Shown: positions 58,009 to 64,000 of the stretch, in pieces
Layout of the letters: each line of letters starts with the position of its first letter
How positions within the stretch are numbered: the first letter of the stretch is position 1
Origin: Candidatus Borrarchaeum weybense
GTDB lineage: Archaea > Asgardarchaeota > Sifarchaeia > Borrarchaeales > Borrarchaeaceae
Direction: 5' to 3'
NCBI GenBank assembly: GCA_019057385.1
Contig: JAHQJS010000006.1
Coordinates: forward strand, 645,038-709,037
DNA length: 64,000 nt
Position numbers and translations under genes: made by a program
The notes under the pieces: generated by a model
Databases searched by the model: none
The model's input: only the letters and a program-made list of their open reading frames with translations
What the model was told of the DNA's origin: nothing

Positions 58009-59140
58009 TGATTTCCAAGAAAGGTGTCGCCCGTTTTATGACAACTCCAATTCTTGCCAGTTCTTTCAATTTCTTGAAACGATAACCCGCTTTTTTTGCC
58101 TTTATAATCCTCCTAGCTGACGTCGGTCCAATACCTGGTACCTTAAGTAATTCCTTTAGGGTAATGTCTTCATTATTCACGTCGATAGGATAGCGATCCA
58201 AGTTTTGAAATGCATAGCAGAGTTTCACGTCCTTTGACAAATTGAACATGTTGTTTTCATTTAACACGTTTTTTAGATCTCTGAAGTGAAAATCGTAATG
58301 TCGATAGAGAAAGTCAGCTTGATATAATCGTACTTCCCTAATTAGAGGTGTCTTTGGATTTTTCTCTAGAGGAGTTTGACCAATAGGGTCAAAAGCGCTA
58401 AAATAAGCCCTTTTCAGATCCATTTGACAATAAAGTTTTTCCATTCTTTCTAATATCTCTAAATCGCTTTCACCTGCTGCACCTACGACAAATTGAGTTG
58501 TTTGACCTGCTGGAACATACTTATCTTCTCTCTCAGCCAAAGTTTTAATCCACTTCATTCGCTTTAAGATGTCAGTCATCATTCTCTTTGTGGATGAAAG
58601 TTCAGAAAGTCTTGATTGGCTTGGAGCCTCAATATTCATTGAAAGTCTGTCTGTAATTGCTGAAGTGCGTTTAATTTGATCATAATTCGCTCCGGGAATA
58701 AGTTTCAAATGTATATAGCCATTGAAATAATGTTTTGTTCTTAACAACTCGACAACTTCAAGAGTCTTTTCCATAGCTATTTCCGGATCTCTAGGCATTC
58801 CTGAGCTTAAGAATAATCCTTCAACATAATTTCGTTCGTATAGTCCGAGAAAAACTCTCACTAGTTCTTTAGGTTCAAACGAAGCCTTTAAGCATTCTCT
58901 TCCAACTCTATTGATACAATAAGCGCAGTCATTTGAGCATTGATTTGTTAAGAGTACTCTAAAGAGGGAGACACACCTACCGTCTGGGGTAAAGCTATGG
59001 CAAACACCACTTGCCACAGGATTTCCCATTCCAGCTTTATTGAATTTTGAATATGAATTTGCTCTGTTTGAGGCTGTTGAAGCACACAGGTCATACTTTG
59101 CCGCCGCTCCCAATATTTTAAGTTTTTCAAGAAATCCCAT
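57971..59140 (-). CDS. Putative DNA modification/repair radical SAM protein (TIGR03916-like)
   Basis: AKYDLCAS, DGRCVSL, CSNDCAYC, GLFLSSG, RLYQADFL, VPGIG. Confidence 0.92.
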   Translation of the reverse strand: MGFLEKLKILGAAAKYDLCASTASNRANSYSKFNKAGMGNPVASGVCHSFTPDGRCVSLFRVLLTNQCSNDCAYCINRVGRECLKASFEPKELVRVFLGLYERNYVEGLFLSSGMPRDPEIAMEKTLEVVELLRTKHYFNGYIHLKLIPGANYDQIKRTSAITDRLSMNIEAPSQSRLSELSSTKRMMTDILKRMKWIKTLAEREDKYVPAGQTTQFVVGAAGESDLEILERMEKLYCQMDLKRAYFSAFDPIGQTPLEKNPKTPLIREVRLYQADFLYRHYDFHFRDLKNVLNENNMFNLSKDVKLCYAFQNLDRYPIDVNNEDITLKELLKVPGIGPTSARRIIKAKKAGYRFKKLKELARIGVVIKRATPFLEINGQKQTRIDNYV

Positions 59141-59324
59141 TTCCCCTATCTCACCGCAACCAGTTTAAAAGAAAATTTGACTAATTTAAAGACTGATAGT
59201 GACGTTAAATAGTTAGAGAGGGTTCTGGAAAAGTGATCAAAGTAATCTTGGACCACCTTGTTTTGGTACTTTTTACTTTTGTGACTTTCAAAAATCTATA
59301 TTAGACCAAAGATAACTCCTAACT

Positions 59325-60203
59325 ATGGAAAATCAAAAACGGGCCTATATATATGCGCTCACAGCAGTATTATTTTGGTCTACAGTAGCATCTGCTTTTA
59401 AAATCACGTTAAGATATTTAGACTTATTTCAACTACTATTTTATTCTTCAATAATCTCTATTGCAGTCTTTTTTGTGGTTTTGTTAATCCAGAAAAAGTT
59501 ATTTTTATTGAAAACGTATTCAAAGACTGATTATTTACACTCTGCATTTCTTGGATTTTTAAATCCCTTCCTTTACTATGTAGTCCTGTTAAAAGCGTAC
59601 TCAATGCTGCCTGCTCAAGAAGCCCAAGCGTTGAACTATACATGGGGAATAGCGATTGCTTTATTATCTATTCCTTTACTTAAGCAGAGAATAAAATCTA
59701 CTAGTATTCTTGCACTCATTGTTAGTTTCATCGGAGTAGTCGTAATTGGCACAAGAGGCGATTTAACGTCATTAAAGTTTTCAGATCCTCTTGCTGTGTC
59801 TTTAGCTGTTGGTTCTTCAGGAATCTGGGCATTGTTTTGGATTTACAATACAAAAGATGAAAGAGATGAAGTAACAAAATTATTCCTTAACTTCACTTTT
59901 GGTTTTCTTTTTATTCTAATTACAACTCTTATCTTTTCAACAGTGATAGTTTCTCCAATCGGACTTTTTGGAGCAACTTACGTAGGTATCTTCGAAATGG
60001 GGATTACTTTTGTAATCTGGCTTAAGGCTTTGAAATTTTCAGAAACAACTGCACGTGTAAGCAATCTGATTTACTTATCTCCTTTTCTTTCACTTGTTTT
60101 CATCTATTTGCTTGTGGGTGAGCAAATACTGATTTCAACTGTGATTGGGCTTGTGCTTATCGTAATTGGGATATTTGTGCAACAGTATAGCAGTTTAGAG
60201 TAG
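59325..60203 (+). CDS. EamA/DMT family transporter
   Basis: Ten-TM duplicated pattern. Confidence 0.88.
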   Translation: MENQKRAYIYALTAVLFWSTVASAFKITLRYLDLFQLLFYSSIISIAVFFVVLLIQKKLFLLKTYSKTDYLHSAFLGFLNPFLYYVVLLKAYSMLPAQEAQALNYTWGIAIALLSIPLLKQRIKSTSILALIVSFIGVVVIGTRGDLTSLKFSDPLAVSLAVGSSGIWALFWIYNTKDERDEVTKLFLNFTFGFLFILITTLIFSTVIVSPIGLFGATYVGIFEMGITFVIWLKALKFSETTARVSNLIYLSPFLSLVFIYLLVGEQILISTVIGLVLIVIGIFVQQYSSLE

Positions 60204-60237
60204 GCTATATATTATAGTAAGTACAAATAGGTAAAAG

Positions 60238-61002
60238 GTGAGTTTAATGCTGAAAGTTGACCTTTCTGAAAAAGTCGCCATAGTTACAGGCGCTGGTCAG
60301 GGAATTGGTCGGGCTATAGCCTTATCCTTAGCTAGAGATGGAGCGAGATTAGTTATTAACGATATTGTAGAAGAAAATGCAAAAGACGTTGTTAAAGAGA
60401 TTGAATCCAAAGGTGGAGACGCAATTGCGATTCTCGCTGATGTTTCTAACAAGAACGCCGTAGAGCAAATGATAAGGCTTACATTAGAAAAATATGGGAA
60501 AATCGATATTCTTGTAAACAATGCAGGCATCTCTGGTCCTATGGTGCCAGTTCAAGATTTAAGCGAAGAAGATTGGGACAAAGTCATAAATGTTGATCTG
60601 AAAGGAACATTCCTCTGTTCTCAGGCAGTAATCCCTCATATGATAGAGAAAGAATATGGGAAGATTATTAACATATCCAGCATTGCTGGTAAAGAAGGTA
60701 ATGATCATATGACCGCTTATTGCGCTGCTAAATCGGGAATTATTGGCTTTACAAAAGCGTTAGCAGAAGAGGTTGTCAAGAAAGGAATAAATGTCAATTG
60801 TATTTGTCCTGCCCTAATTGGAACCGAACTGACTTTAGGTTTAGGAGAAGATCAAATTAAATTCTTAACAGAAAAAATCCCAGCAGGTAGACTTGGAAAA
60901 CCTGAGGAAGTTGCCGATCTGGTCAAATTCTTAGTTTCAGATGCAGCTAGTTTCATTACACGTCAAGCTTATAGTATCTCTGGCGGGCGATCAAAATACT
61001 GA
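60238..61002 (+). CDS. SDR family oxidoreductase (FabG-like)
   Basis: TGAGQGIG, NNAG, YCAAK. Confidence 0.93.
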   Translation: MSLMLKVDLSEKVAIVTGAGQGIGRAIALSLARDGARLVINDIVEENAKDVVKEIESKGGDAIAILADVSNKNAVEQMIRLTLEKYGKIDILVNNAGISGPMVPVQDLSEEDWDKVINVDLKGTFLCSQAVIPHMIEKEYGKIINISSIAGKEGNDHMTAYCAAKSGIIGFTKALAEEVVKKGINVNCICPALIGTELTLGLGEDQIKFLTEKIPAGRLGKPEEVADLVKFLVSDAASFITRQAYSISGGRSKY

Positions 61003-61092
61003 AATCACTTGGATCACTTCTTGACCTCCCTCTCATTGTTTTAATGTAATAATTCCAATAATGAACTAACAAACATAAAAGATGGATTAAGA

Positions 61093-61596
61093 ATGGAGAT
61101 CAAAGTAGTTGAACTTAATCCAATGAAAGTAGCCTCATTCCATTCGCCTCTTGGTGAAAATCCAGAATTAAATGCTATCAAATCATTACTTAGATGGGCA
61201 CAGGGAAAGGAATTTTTCAGTAAAGATGTGAAGTTTCATTTCTTTGGATTTAACAACCCAATTCCTACTGAAGATAACCCTGTATATAGTTACGAAGTGT
61301 GGTTGCCTTTAGATGATGATTTTAAAGGTGATGATGAAATTAAAATAAAAGAGTTCAAAGGTGGTTTATTTGCTACCACAGAAATGTCATTTATTGATTT
61401 CCTTTCTAAAGGTTGGAATGTATTTCACTCAGCGGCGAAACTGTGGATGAAAGAAAACATGTACGAACGTGACATTACAGTTCAATGGCTTGAAGAACAT
61501 ATAGCAGATAAAAAAGAAATAGATGACTTCATCCAAAAAAACGATCTACCTAAATGGAATATAGGCTTATATTTGCCTATAAAAAAAATTGGATGA
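61093..61596 (+). CDS. GyrI-like effector-binding protein
   Basis: FGFNNP, YEVW, GGLFA, WLEEH, LYLPIK. Confidence 0.8.
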   Translation: MEIKVVELNPMKVASFHSPLGENPELNAIKSLLRWAQGKEFFSKDVKFHFFGFNNPIPTEDNPVYSYEVWLPLDDDFKGDDEIKIKEFKGGLFATTEMSFIDFLSKGWNVFHSAAKLWMKENMYERDITVQWLEEHIADKKEIDDFIQKNDLPKWNIGLYLPIKKIG

Positions 61597-61655
61597 CTAC
61601 CAGCTCTCAATATAAGTAAGGCAAATTCTGAAAGTTCTAATTTGTGATTTTGTTT

Positions 61656-62411
61656 CTATAATTGCTTAAATGCGATAAATATTTGATCCATAACAGCGAT
61701 TTCAATTCCTTCTTCAGTGACTCTCATGTACTGCTTCAATATGTCCGCTGTTTCCTCTCTATTCTTAATTGACAATCCTCTCTTCTCAAAAAAATCAAGG
61801 GCATTATCAATAGTCTTGAAGTACAAAGCATTTGTCACAACAGTAGTGAAGTCTACGAGAAGGTCAATTGATTTCAATTTTTCTATGAGAAATTTCTCGG
61901 TTATTACAGGTCTCTTTTTTCCTTTGAGGTGATCACGTAATTGATTAAATGGAGAATTTGGCGTGATTGTGACAATAACTATTTTTCCAGTACCATTACG
62001 GAGAACTCGACTCGTTTCTCTAAGAGTTAGGTCGAAATCTTCATTTCTAGCAAGGTGAATCGAAAAATAGAAAGTTTGGCAGTCTATACAGTCTGAAATG
62101 AGAGGTAAATACTTCATATCTGCACAAATAGTGTGGATTTCTTTACTTTTTGCTCTTAGGTGTTTTAACATTTTGTCAGATATGTCTATACCAACGTATT
62201 CTCCCTTTATTTTATTCTTATTCAATAACTTCTGCAAAGCGATTATACTATTACCAGTCCCAGTTCCCACGTCGCAAATCTTTTGATTTTGTCCTAAGTT
62301 CAAATGATTGAACAGAATTTTGCTATTCTTATTTTTTTCTTCTAAATGCTCATCGAAGGAATCGTATATGGCAGAATAATCATCAAACCATTTCTTGAAG
62401 TCTTTGCTCAT
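61656..62411 (-). CDS. Class I SAM-dependent methyltransferase
   Basis: DVGTGTG, GIDIS..ML, RVLR. Confidence 0.85.
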   Translation of the reverse strand: MSKDFKKWFDDYSAIYDSFDEHLEEKNKNSKILFNHLNLGQNQKICDVGTGTGNSIIALQKLLNKNKIKGEYVGIDISDKMLKHLRAKSKEIHTICADMKYLPLISDCIDCQTFYFSIHLARNEDFDLTLRETSRVLRNGTGKIVIVTITPNSPFNQLRDHLKGKKRPVITEKFLIEKLKSIDLLVDFTTVVTNALYFKTIDNALDFFEKRGLSIKNREETADILKQYMRVTEEGIEIAVMDQIFIAFKQL

Positions 62412-62472
62412 TTTTCTCCCAGCAAATATTGTTTGTTTTTATATGATATATTAGAAAACATTGTAAGGTGAT

Positions 62473-63141
62473 TCACCTTAACGCTTTGATAATATCTTCA
62501 GCAGTTAAAACCTTTGCAAATCCCTTCCTTAATACTTTCAATTCAGGTTCTTGCATTTCTGGATCATCTGTTGATGTTACATCACTCCCGAATATCACTT
62601 TGAAACTTCTTTCATATGCCTGCCGTGCTGTAGTTCCACAACAATAATTCGTCAAAGTCCCACAGATTATTACTGTATCTTTTTCCAGATTTTTCAATAT
62701 TGTTTCTAAAGCTGTATCATAGAAAGCTCCATATGATGACTTCTTAATTACAATTTCATGCTCCCGTGGGGCAAGTTCATGCCAAACACGTCCTTCCACA
62801 TAAAATAATGACCAATCTATGTCCAACTCGGAATATCGTCCTGGCATAAATTTTCCAGTTTTAGGACGATCTAAGTAATGATGTGTCCTAGAATATACAG
62901 TATAAATAATAGGGATATTTTTATTCCTACAATGTTCAATTAGACTTTTGATAAGAGGAACTTGCCTAGTAGCCTCTGGCACCCAATCTGGTGACCAATG
63001 AGGTTTCACAAATTCATCTTGCATGTCAATAACTAGTAAGGCGCATTTCTCAGGTATGATCTCAAATTTTGCATTTCCTTCGTTGTATGCTTTTCTGGCT
63101 AAATTAAGCACATCATTTTCAGTGAAATCTCCTATTTTCAT
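62473..63141 (-). CDS. Isochorismatase-family cysteine hydrolase
   Basis: VIDMQ, KSSYGAF, GTLTNYCC. Confidence 0.9.
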   Translation of the reverse strand: MKIGDFTENDVLNLARKAYNEGNAKFEIIPEKCALLVIDMQDEFVKPHWSPDWVPEATRQVPLIKSLIEHCRNKNIPIIYTVYSRTHHYLDRPKTGKFMPGRYSELDIDWSLFYVEGRVWHELAPREHEIVIKKSSYGAFYDTALETILKNLEKDTVIICGTLTNYCCGTTARQAYERSFKVIFGSDVTSTDDPEMQEPELKVLRKGFAKVLTAEDIIKALR

Positions 63142-63404
63142 TCTTAATCACTTCTGTTTAAAGAAACTATCATAAATTGCGAAGTAACTATCAAACCATT
63201 TCTTGAAATTTCAGCTCAATATTCTCCTCAGAAATCTATTAATTTCAGTTATAATTTGCTATCAGAAGTAGTGGTATGCCTATTTATATTCACATATTTA
63301 TTTTGCAGAATAATGCAAGGCACTAAAATAGTATCATAGAGTCCTAGTGATAGTTCTTAGTAACGAGTGTCGAAAAATAGAAAAAAGAAACAGATTAAGG
63401 TAAG

Positions 63405-64000
63405 TCAGAACATCAGCGTACCTTTGGAGCGGGCGTATTGGAGATAATCCATTTCTTTTCTACCTTTGATTTGGTCCCTTACTGGGATTGTACGCTCCCT
63501 TTTTTCGAGTAATACATCTGTTGTTATCCAGGCAGACGCGTCACTACCTGCACCTGAACCATATGAAACAAGTAAGATTTTCTCGTTATCTTGCGCAATG
63601 TCTAAAGTGGATGCAAATCCGAGTGGACTAGATCCAGAATACAGATTTCCACACTTCGTTACCATTAGTCCCGGCTTAAGTTGCTCTATTTCAAATCCTA
63701 ATTTAGTACCGACACGAATTGGAAATTTACCATTTGGTTGATGAAAGACAACATAATCAAAGTCCTTAGGAGTCATTTCTAGATCATTCATTATTTTCTC
63801 AGCGGCACCCATTACGTGCTTGAAATACGAGGGATCTCCTGTAAACCGTCCACCATGACTTGGAAATTTCTCAAATTCGCGTCTCCAGAAATCTGGTGTA
63901 TCAGTTAAATATGATGCAAATCCAAATGGTTCTGCAATGACATCAGTCTTGCCAAAAATAAGAGTAACTCCACCTTCTCCAACGCTGTAGTCAAGTGGAT
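63405..64000 (-). CDS. Hydroxymethylglutaryl-CoA synthase (5' part outside the window)
   Basis: DTPDFWRR, HGGRFTG.PSYFKH, FHQPNGKFP, GNLYSG, SYGSGAGSD. Confidence 0.92.
   Translation of the reverse strand, partial: PLDYSVGEGGVTLIFGKTDVIAEPFGFASYLTDTPDFWRREFEKFPSHGGRFTGDPSYFKHVMGAAEKIMNDLEMTPKDFDYVVFHQPNGKFPIRVGTKLGFEIEQLKPGLMVTKCGNLYSGSSPLGFASTLDIAQDNEKILLVSYGSGAGSDASAWITTDVLLEKRERTIPVRDQIKGRKEMDYLQYARSKGTLMF

Noticed and set aside
415-63741. Short ORF-track entries overlapping longer genes (e.g. 3056-3286, 9546-10022, 20144-20629, 30780-31175, 48143-48463)
   Set aside because: Shadow frames of well-supported genes, with no motifs.

Overview
Archaeal genome fragment, most likely Asgard (gelsolin-domain gene, SepSecS, a UGA-containing VhuU, archaeal HMG-CoA synthase). 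About 1-31.5 kb is the right part of an integrated mobile element ending in a tyrosine integrase (30309-31484); its left end is outside the window and I see no capsid or terminase gene. It carries a short serine recombinase, a two-gene restriction-modification system, a TOPRIM protein, an SPL-like radical SAM, a nuclease-primase fusion, toxin-antitoxin-like genes and many small regulators. The strongest unexplained signal is a 10-bp pseudo-palindrome, TAC(C/T)TA(A/G)GTA, found exactly 18 times in the element (none seen in the host half). It sits at module, gene and one domain junction, has mix-and-match flanks, and anchors two duplications, suggesting a site-specific cassette-shuffling system or an element-wide protein-binding site. 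The element also has a candidate ~135-nt structured RNA, a repeated structured 5' leader and several genes that seem to need ATA/ATT starts. The host half (31.6-64 kb) has nifB-like, SepSecS and an frhB-hdrA-mvhD-vhuG-vhuA-vhuU-hdrC-hdrB-gcvH cluster, then housekeeping genes. Two genes missed or truncated by the ORF track contain in-frame UGA: vhuU (a known selenoprotein) and an unknown protein with an N-terminal CxxU motif near SepSecS (candidate new selenoprotein). All calls are by eye; no database searches were run.
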